Assembly (NCBI GenBank): GCA_049967475.1
Contig: JBMFSQ010000005.1
Span: 89,246 to 153,245 of the forward strand
Origin: Chthonomonadales bacterium
GTDB lineage: Bacteria; Armatimonadota; Chthonomonadetes; Chthonomonadales; CAJBBX01
Direction: 5' to 3'
DNA length: 64,000 nt
Shown here: piece after piece, positions 9,162 through 19,829 of the stretch
Position numbering within the stretch: position 1 is the stretch's first letter
Layout of the letters: each line of letters begins with the position of its first letter
Made by a program: the position numbers and the translations under genes
Notes under the pieces: model-generated
The model's database searches: none
Told to the model about the DNA's origin: nothing
The model's input: the letters and a program-made list of their open reading frames with translations, nothing else

Positions 9162-10469
9162 ATGCGCTTTCGGTATGCAAGTCGCCTTCTAGTGTTGATT
9201 GCCGCTGCAATTCTGTGCGTGGAACAGCCTCCCGCCGCAGCCCAACAGCAACCCCAACCGCCGGCACCGGCCCGGAATATTGCCACTCCGGCCCAAGGTA
9301 ACGATCCTGCCCTCGCCAATCCGATTTTCGCCAAAGCCCTGAAGCTGGAACAGGAAGGCAAGAAGGAACAGGCGCTCACCGAATGGGTGTCCATCGCCCG
9401 GGCACATCGCAACGATCCCGAGCTCGCCGCCGAAGCCCTCTATCAAGCCGGCCTGTACGCCTGGAGACGCTTCGGCACATCCTATGCAGACAAGATACGC
9501 GGCCAAGACCAAGCGGTGCAGCTCTGGAAGGAACTGGACCTGGAATATCCCGACACCCAGGCATACCGCAAGCTCACGGCGCCCTTGCCCGGCTTCCCTA
9601 CAGGCCAACTGGGCCAACTAGAGCACGAGATAGACCAGCGCAACTCCCACGACTGGAAGTACCAGATTCTCAACGGCCTCGTGGTTCTTACGGGACGTAA
9701 TCCCAACTACAGCTATGCGCTCGCCCTCATTTTGCTGGCCGTCCTCGTAAAACTCCTGCTGCTCCCGCTCACCCGCAAGCAGTATGCCAGCATGCGTGAG
9801 ATGCAGCGCTTGCAGCCCCTCATGAAGGAGCTTCAGAAGAAGTACAAAGGGGCTGAGCTCAATGAGAAGATGATGCAGCTCTACAAGGAGCACGGTGTCA
9901 ACCCCTTGGCCGGCTGCCTGCCCACGCTCCTGCAACTCCCCTTCCTCTTCCTGGTCTTTGCCGCCATTCGGGAATACGAACTCGCCTTCCTCAAAGGCAA
10001 GTTCCTCTGGATCGGCAGTTCTTTGGCCCAGCATGGCTGGCGTGTGTTCGGTTACAATGTGATCGGGCGCAATCTGGCGGACCCCGACGTGCCGCTCCTT
10101 GCCATCTACGCCTTCAGCAACTACGTTACGATGAAGCTGACCCCGGCCCAGGATCCCCAGCAGCAGCAACAGCAAAACATGATGGCCGTGATGATGTCTG
10201 GCTTCTTCTTCGTGATGTTCCTGAGCTACCGCTGGTCCTCGGCTTTCGTGCTCTACTGGCTGGCGCTCAATGCCATCTCCATCTGGCAGCAGTACGAATA
10301 CGTGTACAAGCCGCACAAACTCCGAGCCCAGGAGGTTGGCCTTTCCGGCGCAGGGGCTTCGAGTGGAAACGGCGCAGGCTCTCCACCCGCAGCACAGTCC
10401 AGCCCAGTCGCCACCGCTGCAACCCCTGCCGCTCCCACCCGGGTGCGGCCGCGTAAAAAGAAGCGATGA
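9162..10469 (+). CDS. yidC: Membrane protein insertase YidC with helical N-terminal extracytoplasmic domain
   Basis: LLPLTRKQ..SMREMQRLQP, LYKEHGVNPLAGCLP, LYW; operon position. Confidence 0.93.
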   Translation: MRFRYASRLLVLIAAAILCVEQPPAAAQQQPQPPAPARNIATPAQGNDPALANPIFAKALKLEQEGKKEQALTEWVSIARAHRNDPELAAEALYQAGLYAWRRFGTSYADKIRGQDQAVQLWKELDLEYPDTQAYRKLTAPLPGFPTGQLGQLEHEIDQRNSHDWKYQILNGLVVLTGRNPNYSYALALILLAVLVKLLLLPLTRKQYASMREMQRLQPLMKELQKKYKGAELNEKMMQLYKEHGVNPLAGCLPTLLQLPFLFLVFAAIREYELAFLKGKFLWIGSSLAQHGWRVFGYNVIGRNLADPDVPLLAIYAFSNYVTMKLTPAQDPQQQQQQNMMAVMMSGFFFVMFLSYRWSSAFVLYWLALNAISIWQQYEYVYKPHKLRAQEVGLSGAGASSGNGAGSPPAAQSSPVATAATPAAPTRVRPRKKKR

Positions 10470-10555
10470 GATCATTCTAAGGGCCCACGGCTCATGGCCG
10501 GAGCACAACGCCAAGGAGCCTAACCCATGCAATCCGTCCGACAAGGGAGGGCGCT

Positions 10556-11059
10556 ATGACGCAACAGGCACAGGAAGGGAAGGATCTCCCCCTCAGCATG
10601 GAGGACCTCGAACCGCAGCAACTGCATGCTGTGCAGATCCTCGAGGAGATGTTTCACGCCGGCGGATTGAACATCCAGCCGGTGCCTGTGGCGCTCCATC
10701 CCCCGTACGTGGATATTGACTTGCGCGGCAACGACGTGCCTGCCAGCTTCGGCCGGCACGGCAATTGGCTGGATGCCCTGCAATACCTTTCCAACCTCAT
10801 CGTCCTCCGCCGCGTGGGCCCCGAGGTTCGCCTCGTTTTGGACGCCGGCGGTTACCGTGCCCGCCGTGCTGCCATCCTGGAAGAGCTTGCCAAACAGTAC
10901 GCCCAGATGGTTAAGGAACGGCAGGAGGAGTGCGAGCTGGATCCTCTCCCGGCTCATGAGCGTCGCATCATCCACAACGCCCTGCTGGACGATCCAGACG
11001 TACGCACCTACAGCGAGGGAGATGATCCGGACCGCCGGGTCATCATCGCGCCCCGCTAG
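10556..11059 (+). CDS. jag: Jag/KhpB RNA-binding protein (KH + R3H, short form)
   Basis: GRHGNWLDALQYL and ERRIIH..TYSEG motifs; follows yidC. Confidence 0.92.
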   Translation: MTQQAQEGKDLPLSMEDLEPQQLHAVQILEEMFHAGGLNIQPVPVALHPPYVDIDLRGNDVPASFGRHGNWLDALQYLSNLIVLRRVGPEVRLVLDAGGYRARRAAILEELAKQYAQMVKERQEECELDPLPAHERRIIHNALLDDPDVRTYSEGDDPDRRVIIAPR

Positions 11060-11096
11060 ACGATCCGACCCTTCGAGGCAGAAATATCCTCCGCTC

Positions 11097-12494
11097 TCAC
11101 TCGGAACGCCGCGACCGCGGCTTGATCCGCACGTGTAGGATGCGCTGCGCCAGGCTATCCTTTCGCACCCGAATGTGAGCGCGATCGAGTTCCCCTACAG
11201 AAACATCCAGGGTTACCTCGAGGCCGGCGGATTTGGACATGCCGATCTTCTGGCTGGCATAGACGGAGCGATGTCCCACGACCAGGAATGCGACACATGC
11301 GCAAAGAGCAGCGTATACACCGATTGGGCCTGGAAGCATCTCCATTCCCATGACCGTCGCTGCAATGGGTGTGTTGGCAGCCGCGGCGAGCACCCCAATC
11401 AAACCATATGCCGCGAATAGTCCTTCCGGTAGATGGAGGGCATGCGCCAGAGCAGCGCCCGAGGTGGCCCCTATGAAGAAGAGAGGGGTTACGATGCCGC
11501 CACTGCCGCCTGTCTCCAGTGTAACCGCCGTTGCCACAATTTTGACAATGGCGGCGTAGGCAACAACGCGCCAAGCTCCGCTCATCGCTGCTTCGATGGT
11601 TCCCACACCAAGCCCGGCGTACTGGGTTCCGAACACAGAATAGAGGACTGCCAACACTATCCCGCCACCCGCAGCCACAAGATACGGGTGACGCTCGAAG
11701 CGCCGCATGCTCCGCTCCAGTAATCGCATCGCTTCGATGAGAAGCAGCGCTGCGAGACCGAATGCAGCTCCGAATACCAATGCCAACGGCACATCCTCTG
11801 CCGGATGCATTCCCACAAAAGCGCCTGGGATCTGCGGAATGTACGGGCGTGCCCCACATACTAGGTGGGCCACGATGCCGGCTACGATGCAGGGAAAGAG
11901 CACCGGGTACTCAATCCTTCCAAGATACAGAACTTCCACCCCAAAGAGCGCTCCGGAGATCGGTGTTCCGAAAACAGCAGCAAACCCAGCTCCAATCCCG
12001 CAGATGACCAGCCTGCGCCGATCCCGGTCATTAAGCCGCAGAAGGTCCGCGAAGAGGCTCGTAATCGAGGCGCCGATCTGGGCACAGGGTCCCTCCTTGC
12101 CCACCGAACCTCCGAATGCAAGGGTTAGCAAGGTTGCCAACAGTTTGATGGGCGCTACCTGCCATTCCACTCGGCCTGCCTGCTCATGGACGGCTGCAAT
12201 AACGGCCTCGGTACCGTGGCCCTTCGCCGCCGGCGCGAAGTTGCGGATAAGCCACACGCAAGCCGGAAGTGCAAGCGGCAGAAAAAGGTACGACCGAACT
12301 CCAAAAGCGTCCAGATGCGCAACAAGCTTGGTGGAAGCACTAAGGCTCCAGAGGAACGCCCGCGTGCCGGCACCTACGCAGACACCCGCAATTGTGCCGA
12401 GGAACGCCCATTTGACCGTGCTGATGAGGATCGCCATATGCTCGGCATACCACCGGTCCTCATCAGAAAGCTTTGGGGGTTCTACTTCCTTCAA
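11097..12494 (-). CDS. ClC-family chloride channel/H+ antiporter
   Basis: GSVGKEGP, AAVFGTPISG and GGSGGIVTP motifs. Confidence 0.9.
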   Translation of the reverse strand: MKEVEPPKLSDEDRWYAEHMAILISTVKWAFLGTIAGVCVGAGTRAFLWSLSASTKLVAHLDAFGVRSYLFLPLALPACVWLIRNFAPAAKGHGTEAVIAAVHEQAGRVEWQVAPIKLLATLLTLAFGGSVGKEGPCAQIGASITSLFADLLRLNDRDRRRLVICGIGAGFAAVFGTPISGALFGVEVLYLGRIEYPVLFPCIVAGIVAHLVCGARPYIPQIPGAFVGMHPAEDVPLALVFGAAFGLAALLLIEAMRLLERSMRRFERHPYLVAAGGGIVLAVLYSVFGTQYAGLGVGTIEAAMSGAWRVVAYAAIVKIVATAVTLETGGSGGIVTPLFFIGATSGAALAHALHLPEGLFAAYGLIGVLAAAANTPIAATVMGMEMLPGPIGVYAALCACVAFLVVGHRSVYASQKIGMSKSAGLEVTLDVSVGELDRAHIRVRKDSLAQRILHVRIKPRSRRSE

Positions 12495-12604
12495 GCGAGT
12501 GGGTATCCTCCTCTCATAGAGGAACGGGCACGAGCCGCCTCTGAATGGCGGCCTGCCCCATAACGAGCATTCGGGCGCCTCGACTAAGGTGGGGCATCCA
12601 TGCC

Positions 12605-13336
12605 ATGAGCAACCCTAAGCCGCACGCTTCCCTATTCGGTGAATTGGGCGAAGCCATTCTGGACCTAGTTTACCCGCCGCGCTGCCTGGTCTGCGGAACC
12701 CTAGGCCGACACGTGCTTTGCCCGGCGTGCATCCAGGGCTTCCATCCGGTGAAGAGCCCCATATGCCAAAACTGCGGACGACCCCGGGCACGCGGAGAGA
12801 AGTGCCCGGATTGCACCCATGCCCCAGCCCGCTATATCACCCAAGCCCGTGCGCCATGGATCTTTGATGGAACCTTGCGGGAAGCCGTGCATGCGCTGAA
12901 ATACCGGCGCAAACGCAGGTTGGCTCAACCTCTGGGGCAGACCCTCGCCGATTTTCTTTTAACCAAGCCCTTCCCCTCCGTCGTGTTCGACGCTGTAGTT
13001 CCCGTGCCGCTTCATCCCAAGCGACTCCGCCAACGCGGCTTCAACCAGTCCGCCCTGCTGGCGAAGGAAGTGGCGCAAGCTCTGAACCTCCCCGTAGCAG
13101 AGGTCCTCATCCGCACACGCGCCACCCGCACGCAAGTAACGCTTCACGTCAGCGAACGGGCGGCGAACGTGGTTGGCGCCTTTGCGGTTCCGGTACCCGG
13201 CGACGTGGAGGGGCGCACCCTCCTGCTTGTAGACGACGTCGTCACCACCCTGCGCACCGCCGACGAGTGCGCCCGCGTTCTTCGAGAAGCTGGATGCGCC
13301 GCTGTCTACGTTGCCTCCCTGGCCCGCGACCTTTGA
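12605..13336 (+). CDS. comF: ComF family protein (double zinc ribbon + PRTase)
   Basis: CxxC repeats, RGFNQS, LLVDDVVTT. Confidence 0.92.
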   Translation: MSNPKPHASLFGELGEAILDLVYPPRCLVCGTLGRHVLCPACIQGFHPVKSPICQNCGRPRARGEKCPDCTHAPARYITQARAPWIFDGTLREAVHALKYRRKRRLAQPLGQTLADFLLTKPFPSVVFDAVVPVPLHPKRLRQRGFNQSALLAKEVAQALNLPVAEVLIRTRATRTQVTLHVSERAANVVGAFAVPVPGDVEGRTLLLVDDVVTTLRTADECARVLREAGCAAVYVASLARDL

Positions 13337-13454
13337 GGCCAAACCGACTGGACGCCCGGCTAAGGTATACTAGCTCCGTCCGTTTTGCAGGTTCGCCAGG
13401 AGACCCATAATCCGAAAAGTCTAGTAGCGAGCCGCGGCAACCAGGTGTAACCTC

Positions 13455-15293
13455 ATGGGCATCGGAACCGTCGTATGGGCGAAGTTGAGAATGCGCGCAG
13501 CCGCAACCGTGTGCTGCGCCGCGGGGGTTCTGGCCGCATCCGTCGCCCACAGTCAGGACCCAATGGCACCTGCGGAAGCAGCTTTGCGAAAGATCCAGGC
13601 GGGGGATATGCGTGGTGCAGCGCTTGTGGTGCGCCGCGCTCTGGATCAGGATCCCGGCGACCCGCTCCTTCATAACCTGGCTGCAACCTTGCTGCTGATG
13701 ACCGGCGACACGAAAAACGCCGATCGGATGTGGAAGGTGTGCCTCGCCGATAACCCTCAGGACGGCCTCGCCTCCTACGGAATGGCTCTTACGTGCCTTG
13801 CCCGGGGCGACGAAGCAGGGGCCCGAACATACCTTCGCCGAAGCGAACCAAACGGGGACCGCGCCTTCCTCCTGCTGGCGGATCGGTACCTAGAACGGGT
13901 TCGGAACGGCGGCAGCGCATCCTTGGGCATCGCCTTACCGGAGCCCCTTGCCGCCGGCGCCCACGCCATGGACGGCTTGGTCGCGGCAAAACGCGGCGAT
14001 CACCGCACGGCCTTCGCGGAACTGACCGCCGCCCTGAATGCCTTGCCCGGCGATCCATTTGCTGAAGCTCCCGGCCTGGTGATGACGTTTGATCCCGCTC
14101 GCCCTATCGGCTTCGGCTGCCGCCCGCTTCCTTCGGGCATGGGGTTGGCTCCTTCCGTTACTGTAGAGCCGCCTCTTTCCGGAACGGTAATGCTGTCGCC
14201 GGATCTGCAAGGCGCAGGGGTGGGCTTCGTGTCGTTCCGGATTGACGGCGCCTTCACGTGCATCGTAAATGCGCCCCCCTTCCGGTATGCTTGGGATACC
14301 ACCCGCTACCCTAACAGCCTCCACAACGTGGAAATGCTGGTGTTTGACCAACAGGGCAACGTGATCCAGCAGACACGCCGCCGCATCCGCACTTCAAATG
14401 CAGGAGCGCCTCCGCGACCGCCTGGAGATGAAGAGCGCATTCAAAGACTGCGCACGATGCTATGGAACCTGCTGGCGTTGTACCCGAGCAAAGCGGTGGT
14501 GGCCGATGCCGCGGCCCAAGAGGCACATATCCTCGGCGATAGCGCCGCGGCCACACGCTATGCATCCCAGGCGGCTGCGATTGACCCAGCCCGGCGAAAA
14601 GAGCTGGCCCGCTTCATCCCAGGGCTGAACTCCGCTGCCGAAGCGGCGCTGTGGAGAGGAGATCCTCGGCAGCCTGTGGTCGCCCTCACCTTTGACGATG
14701 GGCCCAAACCTGGAATAACCGAACAGCTCCTGGCAGTTCTCACTCGGGAACACGTTCCGGCCACCTTCTTCGTCATCGGGCGCCATGCTACAGCCCACCC
14801 CGACCTTATCCGCAAAATGGCCGCAGCGGGAATGGAAATCGAGAACCACACGTACACCCATCCCAATCTTACGCTGCTTCCCGAGCGGATGGTTGAAGAG
14901 GAGCTTATGCGCACAATGGCTGCCGTCACTTTGGCAGGGGCTCCCCGCAACAAGTTCTTCCGGCCTCCGGGAGGCAACCTCGATGCCTCCGTGACGCGCA
15001 TCGCGGCGAAATGCGGCCTCACGCCCTGTCTGTGGACGCTTGATGCGGACGCACTGGAGAATGGCAGCCCAGCCCGCCTTGTAGAGTACGTCGTCCAAAA
15101 GGCGGAACCTGGTGCGATCATCTTGATGCACAACGGCCGCCTAACAACAGTAGATGCACTGCCGGCAATTATATCCGGACTGCGGGCCAAGGGGCTGGGC
15201 TTCGTTACGGTGGATCACCTCATGGCCAAGCCCGAACTGGCTGCAAAGCATCCTGCAACGGCCGCAGCGGGGACCCGTTCCATAAAAGAGTGA
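13455..15293 (+). CDS. Secreted TPR + Ig-like + NodB/CE4 polysaccharide deacetylase
   Basis: Signal peptide, TPR-like helices, APPFRYAWDTT Ig-like motif, TFDDGP, HTYTHP, FRPPGG, ILMH. Confidence 0.85.
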   Translation: MGIGTVVWAKLRMRAAATVCCAAGVLAASVAHSQDPMAPAEAALRKIQAGDMRGAALVVRRALDQDPGDPLLHNLAATLLLMTGDTKNADRMWKVCLADNPQDGLASYGMALTCLARGDEAGARTYLRRSEPNGDRAFLLLADRYLERVRNGGSASLGIALPEPLAAGAHAMDGLVAAKRGDHRTAFAELTAALNALPGDPFAEAPGLVMTFDPARPIGFGCRPLPSGMGLAPSVTVEPPLSGTVMLSPDLQGAGVGFVSFRIDGAFTCIVNAPPFRYAWDTTRYPNSLHNVEMLVFDQQGNVIQQTRRRIRTSNAGAPPRPPGDEERIQRLRTMLWNLLALYPSKAVVADAAAQEAHILGDSAAATRYASQAAAIDPARRKELARFIPGLNSAAEAALWRGDPRQPVVALTFDDGPKPGITEQLLAVLTREHVPATFFVIGRHATAHPDLIRKMAAAGMEIENHTYTHPNLTLLPERMVEEELMRTMAAVTLAGAPRNKFFRPPGGNLDASVTRIAAKCGLTPCLWTLDADALENGSPARLVEYVVQKAEPGAIILMHNGRLTTVDALPAIISGLRAKGLGFVTVDHLMAKPELAAKHPATAAAGTRSIKE

Positions 15294-15417
15294 AGCAGCC
15301 AGTAAACAGAAGGGACGGATCTGCCGACCATTGGGAGGAATCCGGCAGAGTGTCTGCGTAATCATAATAGGAGGCATGTGGTGCCCACCCAACGCCTCAT
15401 ACCGAGGAGGGATCTCG

Positions 15418-16368
15418 ATGCGAACATCGCTACGTGTTTTCGGCAGCGTTCTCGCCGCATCCGCAGTATTCGGTTTGGCGGCAGCAGCAAACGCTGCTCC
15501 GGCGGAACGGGAATTGCTGGGAATCAGGATCTGGCGCACCTGGCGTGAAGTACTTCAGAAGCACGGGCAGCCTACCCGCATTGAGGTCGGTGCCGTCACT
15601 GGACCCCTCCAGGCCCAGCCAGGCGCGGGCGGCGCCCCGGCCATGGGAATGAGCGCACCCATGATGGGAGCACCCATGATGGGCGGCAGTATGATGGGGG
15701 GTGCGGGCCGCCGCGGCAACAAGTTCGCCAACATCGGCCTCCCCGGTCCGGGGGCATCAGCTCCAGTGGGCGTCCCCACGGGCCCCATGGGCATGATCGG
15801 CGGTATGGGCGGCATGAGCGCCCCCATGATGGGTGGACCTACCATGGGCGGAAGCATGATGGGCGGTGCCGGCCGAAGGTTCGGCGGTGCGCTCCCAGGG
15901 ATGGAAGGGGTCGGATTGCCTGGTTTCGGCGGACCCACCCTGCCCGGAGCGCCAGGCATGATGGGGATGACGGGAAGGCCCGGTGCTGCAGCCGCCGCTC
16001 CGTCCGAGGAAGGCGAGATCACATGGATCTACGAGAAGGGGCCGTTGACCTTCATGTTCCTTTTCAACAAAGACGGCCGCGTCATCCAGATCCAGGAGTT
16101 CGGCTACAAGGGCGGGAGCCCCACATCACGCGGCGTACGTTTGGGAGATCCCCTGCGCAAGGTCTACGCCGTCTACGGCTGGGCCGATAAGTCGGAAACA
16201 ACAGGCGACCAGATCACATTGGATTACAGCCACAAGGCCCACGTGGTCTTCCAGCTCATCAAGAACAAGGTAGTAGGCATCACCGTAGCCCTTACCGAGC
16301 GGAGCCAGATACCTACCGTTACTACAGGTACGGGAGGCATCATCGCTGGAGGCGGCGAAGGCGAATAG
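15418..16368 (+). CDS. Secreted hypothetical protein with Met/Gly/Pro-rich insert
   Basis: AGGAGG RBS, signal peptide, coherent codon usage. Confidence 0.8.
   Translation: MRTSLRVFGSVLAASAVFGLAAAANAAPAERELLGIRIWRTWREVLQKHGQPTRIEVGAVTGPLQAQPGAGGAPAMGMSAPMMGAPMMGGSMMGGAGRRGNKFANIGLPGPGASAPVGVPTGPMGMIGGMGGMSAPMMGGPTMGGSMMGGAGRRFGGALPGMEGVGLPGFGGPTLPGAPGMMGMTGRPGAAAAAPSEEGEITWIYEKGPLTFMFLFNKDGRVIQIQEFGYKGGSPTSRGVRLGDPLRKVYAVYGWADKSETTGDQITLDYSHKAHVVFQLIKNKVVGITVALTERSQIPTVTTGTGGIIAGGGEGE
15646..15879 (+). repeat. Two copies of a 69-nt/23-aa repeat (15646-15714, 15811-15879)
   Basis: GMSAPMMGAPMMGGSMMGGAGRR vs GMSAPMMGGPTMGGSMMGGAGRR. Confidence 0.9.
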
Positions 16369-16391
16369 CGTCCGTCTGCTGTGCGGCATGT

Positions 16392-16428
16392 AGGGGTGGA
16401 GGTGCGGGAAGGCCGCCTCTCCACCCCT
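16392..16428 (+). terminator. Hairpin upstream of dnaG
   Basis: aggggtggaggtgcgg-gaagg-ccgcctctccacccct. Confidence 0.5.
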
Positions 16429-16469
16429 TCGTATTCCGGAGCATCCCCACCACACACACAGCATACACC

Positions 16470-18323
16470 ATGGACAAGGAACGCATCCGGGAAAGCAGCG
16501 ACATCGTAGAAGTGATCTCATCCCTGGTGCCCCTCAAAAAGAGGGGGCGCAACTGGGTGGGTCTATGCCCCTTCCATCAGGAGAAGACCCCATCGTTCCA
16601 TGTGGATCCCGTCACACAAACCTTCAAGTGCTTCGGCTGCGGTCTAGGCGGGGATGTCTTCACCTTCGTGGAACGCTACCACAACATGGACTTCGCAGAG
16701 GCGGCCGAGTTCCTTGCCAGACGGGCAGGTTTGCCCATCGAAGTGAGCCGGCCGGAACACGCGTCCACGGACGTGGTGGCGCGGGAACGCATCTATGCGG
16801 TAAACAAAATAGCGGCGGCGTGGTTCCAGGCTATGCTGGAACGCAATCCCCACGCACAGGAATACCTCGAGAGGCGTCGCCTCGCACCCGACACGGTCCG
16901 CCGCTTCGGCATTGGTTACGCTCCGGATAACTGGACGGGCCTCACAGATCACTTCAAGGCCACGCACCATTCTCTCGATGCGGTTCTGGATGCAGGTCTT
17001 GTAGCGCGAGGATCGTCCGGCGACCTCTATGACGTCTTCCGCAACCGCATCATCTTTCCCATCCAGGATGAGCAGGAACGCATCGTGGGGTTCGGCGGGC
17101 GAACCCTCACAGACGAGGTTCCCAAATATCTGAACACTGCGGAAACATCGGTGTTCTCAAAGAGCAAGCTTTTGTACGGCCTTCCCTTCGCCCGCCGAGC
17201 GATCGCCGCACAAGGCCGCACCCTCCTAATGGAAGGATACATGGATGTGATCGCTGCCCAACAGGCAGGCTTCGCTGCGGCTGTGGCCACCCTGGGCACG
17301 GCACTCACAGAGCACCATGCCCGCAAACTTGCCCGGCTGGCCCCCAAGGTGATCCTTGTGTATGACGCCGACAGCGCCGGCATCAAGGCAACATTGCGTG
17401 CCTCTGAGCTGCTGGAACACGAGGGGCTGGAAGTGCGCATAGCCGCTCTGCCGGAAGGAGAAGATCCCGATGCCCTCGTGCGCCGAGGCGAGATCGCCAC
17501 ACTCGAGCGGGCCATAGACGGAGCCATCGGCCGTGTGGAGTACCAACTTCGCCGTGTGATAGCCGAGAGCGACACATCCACCGCATCGGGCCGCGCCAGG
17601 ATGTTGCGCCAGATCCTCTACGTCCTCGCTACGGTGCCCACCCGGGCGGAGCGAGATGCATACATCCAGCAGATTTGGCAATATCATCCCATGAGCTCCG
17701 CCGGCCCCGGCGTTGCGTCCGAACAGATGCACCGCGACGCGGAGGCCATCCGCGCCGCTCGCCGCCCCGGCGGACCGGCACCGGGATCACGGCCGGCCAC
17801 ACGGAGTACGGATGGGGGAGCCTCTGATATGCCCCAACATGAAGGCGTACTTCTCCGTAGGTCCGAGCGCCCCAGCGCCGAAGCCGAGATCTTGCGGGCC
17901 TTGGCCCATCCCCAGTGGAGGGACCGTGTGCTCCAGTTGATCGAGGAGGCAGACCTTCCATCGGAAGATGCCAGGCGCTTCTACCGCCTCGTTGCCGGCC
18001 ATAAAGAGGAGCTCAAAACGGAAGGAGACCTCGTAGCCGTGCTGGACCGGTTCGAAGACGCGGATTTTGCCCTGATGATGCGCACCCGGCTGCAGGAGAT
18101 CCATGCACTGATGGCGAAAGTGCCTCTGGATGACACCGTCATCGTGGGATGCGCCCGCACCCTGAAACATTACCGGTTTTTGCGCGTCAAGCGGGAATGG
18201 GCACAATTCTTGCAGTCCAAACCAGTGTTGACGGAAGAAGATCGCGAGCGCGTCCGTGAATACGAACGGCTCCTACAGAACCTCAAGGGAGCTGTAAAGG
18301 GCAGTGCTTCAACAAGGGAGTGA
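16470..18323 (+). CDS. dnaG: DNA primase
   Basis: [42 protein letters not shown]. Confidence 0.97.
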   Translation: MDKERIRESSDIVEVISSLVPLKKRGRNWVGLCPFHQEKTPSFHVDPVTQTFKCFGCGLGGDVFTFVERYHNMDFAEAAEFLARRAGLPIEVSRPEHASTDVVARERIYAVNKIAAAWFQAMLERNPHAQEYLERRRLAPDTVRRFGIGYAPDNWTGLTDHFKATHHSLDAVLDAGLVARGSSGDLYDVFRNRIIFPIQDEQERIVGFGGRTLTDEVPKYLNTAETSVFSKSKLLYGLPFARRAIAAQGRTLLMEGYMDVIAAQQAGFAAAVATLGTALTEHHARKLARLAPKVILVYDADSAGIKATLRASELLEHEGLEVRIAALPEGEDPDALVRRGEIATLERAIDGAIGRVEYQLRRVIAESDTSTASGRARMLRQILYVLATVPTRAERDAYIQQIWQYHPMSSAGPGVASEQMHRDAEAIRAARRPGGPAPGSRPATRSTDGGASDMPQHEGVLLRRSERPSAEAEILRALAHPQWRDRVLQLIEEADLPSEDARRFYRLVAGHKEELKTEGDLVAVLDRFEDADFALMMRTRLQEIHALMAKVPLDDTVIVGCARTLKHYRFLRVKREWAQFLQSKPVLTEEDRERVREYERLLQNLKGAVKGSASTRE

Positions 18324-19456
18324 TGAGCGTGTCTCTGGAGGAAGGGCATACCAATTCAGAGTTCGAGCGGCTGCGGGAACACGGCCGCCAAACCGGCTAC
18401 CTCACGTATGACGAAATCAACGAGACCTTGATCCATGAAGACTTGGATGCAGACCAGATAGATGATCTGCTGCAGGCCTTCGAAGATGAGGGGATTGAGG
18501 TGGTCGCAAAACTCGCAAAGGAGGACGCAACGTCGTCGCGGGAGGATGCGCATAGCGTGGGCATCGCCCGAGAGGTGGAACTGGCTGAAGAAGAGCTGGC
18601 GGCTCTAGAGAATGCTCCCCTCGACGATTCGGTGCGCATGTGGCTGCGTGAGATCGGCAAGACCCCCCTCCTCTCCCTTGAAGAAGAGATCGAGCTGGCG
18701 AAGCGCATCAAAAGCTCGGACGAGGCCGTCAGGAAAGAGGCGAGAGATCTCCTGACCCGTGCGAACCTTCGCCTCGTAGTGTCCATCGCCAAACGCTACA
18801 GCGGCCGCGGCATGTCCTTCCCGGACCTGATCCAGGAAGGCAATATCGGCCTCATCCGAGCTGTGGAGAAATTCGACTTCAGCAAGGGATACCGCTTCAG
18901 CACCTACGCCACATGGTGGATCCGTCAAGCCATAACCCGCGCCATCGCCGACCAAGGCCGCACGATCCGCATACCCGTCCATATGGTGGAAACCATCAAC
19001 CGCCTCATCAAAACGAGCAGCCGCCTGTTGCAAGACCTTGGTCGCGAGCCCACTATGGATGAGCTTGCCCGCGCCCTGGATATGCCGCCGGAACGCGTCT
19101 GCGACATTATCCGCATCGCTCCGGAACCACTCTCGCTGGAAACGCCCATCGGCGAAGAGGAAGACAGCCACCTTTCTGATTTCATCGAAGATCATGAAGC
19201 CCTCTCTCCCGACGATGCAGCATCCACCCTCCTTCTTCGTGAGAAGATCGAAGAGGTTCTGGACCAGCTCACGCCCCGCGAGCGTGATGTGCTGATCATG
19301 CGCTTTGGCCTGGAAGACGGCTGTTCCCGCACGCTGGAGGAAGTAGGCCGGCATTTCCGCGTGACGCGCGAGCGCATCCGCCAGATTGAAGCCAAGGCCC
19401 TGCGCAAACTGCGCCATCCCAGCAGAAGCAGCAAGCTTCGCGAATACCTGGAATAG
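18320..19456 (+). CDS. rpoD: Primary sigma factor RpoD/SigA
   Basis: [60 protein letters not shown]. Confidence 0.98.
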   Translation: MMSVSLEEGHTNSEFERLREHGRQTGYLTYDEINETLIHEDLDADQIDDLLQAFEDEGIEVVAKLAKEDATSSREDAHSVGIAREVELAEEELAALENAPLDDSVRMWLREIGKTPLLSLEEEIELAKRIKSSDEAVRKEARDLLTRANLRLVVSIAKRYSGRGMSFPDLIQEGNIGLIRAVEKFDFSKGYRFSTYATWWIRQAITRAIADQGRTIRIPVHMVETINRLIKTSSRLLQDLGREPTMDELARALDMPPERVCDIIRIAPEPLSLETPIGEEEDSHLSDFIEDHEALSPDDAASTLLLREKIEEVLDQLTPRERDVLIMRFGLEDGCSRTLEEVGRHFRVTRERIRQIEAKALRKLRHPSRSSKLREYLE

Positions 19457-19469
19457 ACGCGCACCGCCT

Positions 19470-19829
19470 GTGGACACCCTCTTCATCGAAGGCCTCGAAT
19501 TCTACGGATACCATGGCGCTACCGACGAAGAACAGGCCGTAGGCCACCGGTATCAGGTGGATGTATCCCTTCAACTCGATCTCAGCTCCGCCGCCGAGAG
19601 CGACCGCCTGGACCACACCGTCAATTACGCCGCTGCCGCAAAGCGCATCATCGCTATCGGCACCACTACCCGCTTTCGCCTTCTGGAGGCTTTGGCTGAG
19701 GAGCTTGCACGTACCCTCCTTGCCGAGTTTCCATCCGTGAGGAGAGTGCGCCTGCGCTTGGCCAAAATCTATCCGCCCATGAACGCCATCGCCAAGGCGG
19801 CAGGAGTAGAGATCGAACGAACCCGCTGA
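19470..19829 (+). CDS. folB: Dihydroneopterin aldolase
   Basis: GLEFYGYHG..EEQ..G, TVNYA, LLEALAE; GTG start. Confidence 0.95.
   Translation: MDTLFIEGLEFYGYHGATDEEQAVGHRYQVDVSLQLDLSSAAESDRLDHTVNYAAAAKRIIAIGTTTRFRLLEALAEELARTLLAEFPSVRRVRLRLAKIYPPMNAIAKAAGVEIERTR

Noticed and set aside
11097..12494. Fluoride-specific CLC-F with fluoride riboswitch
   Set aside because: Has GKEGP/GIVTP rather than GREGT/GEVTP; no riboswitch recognised upstream
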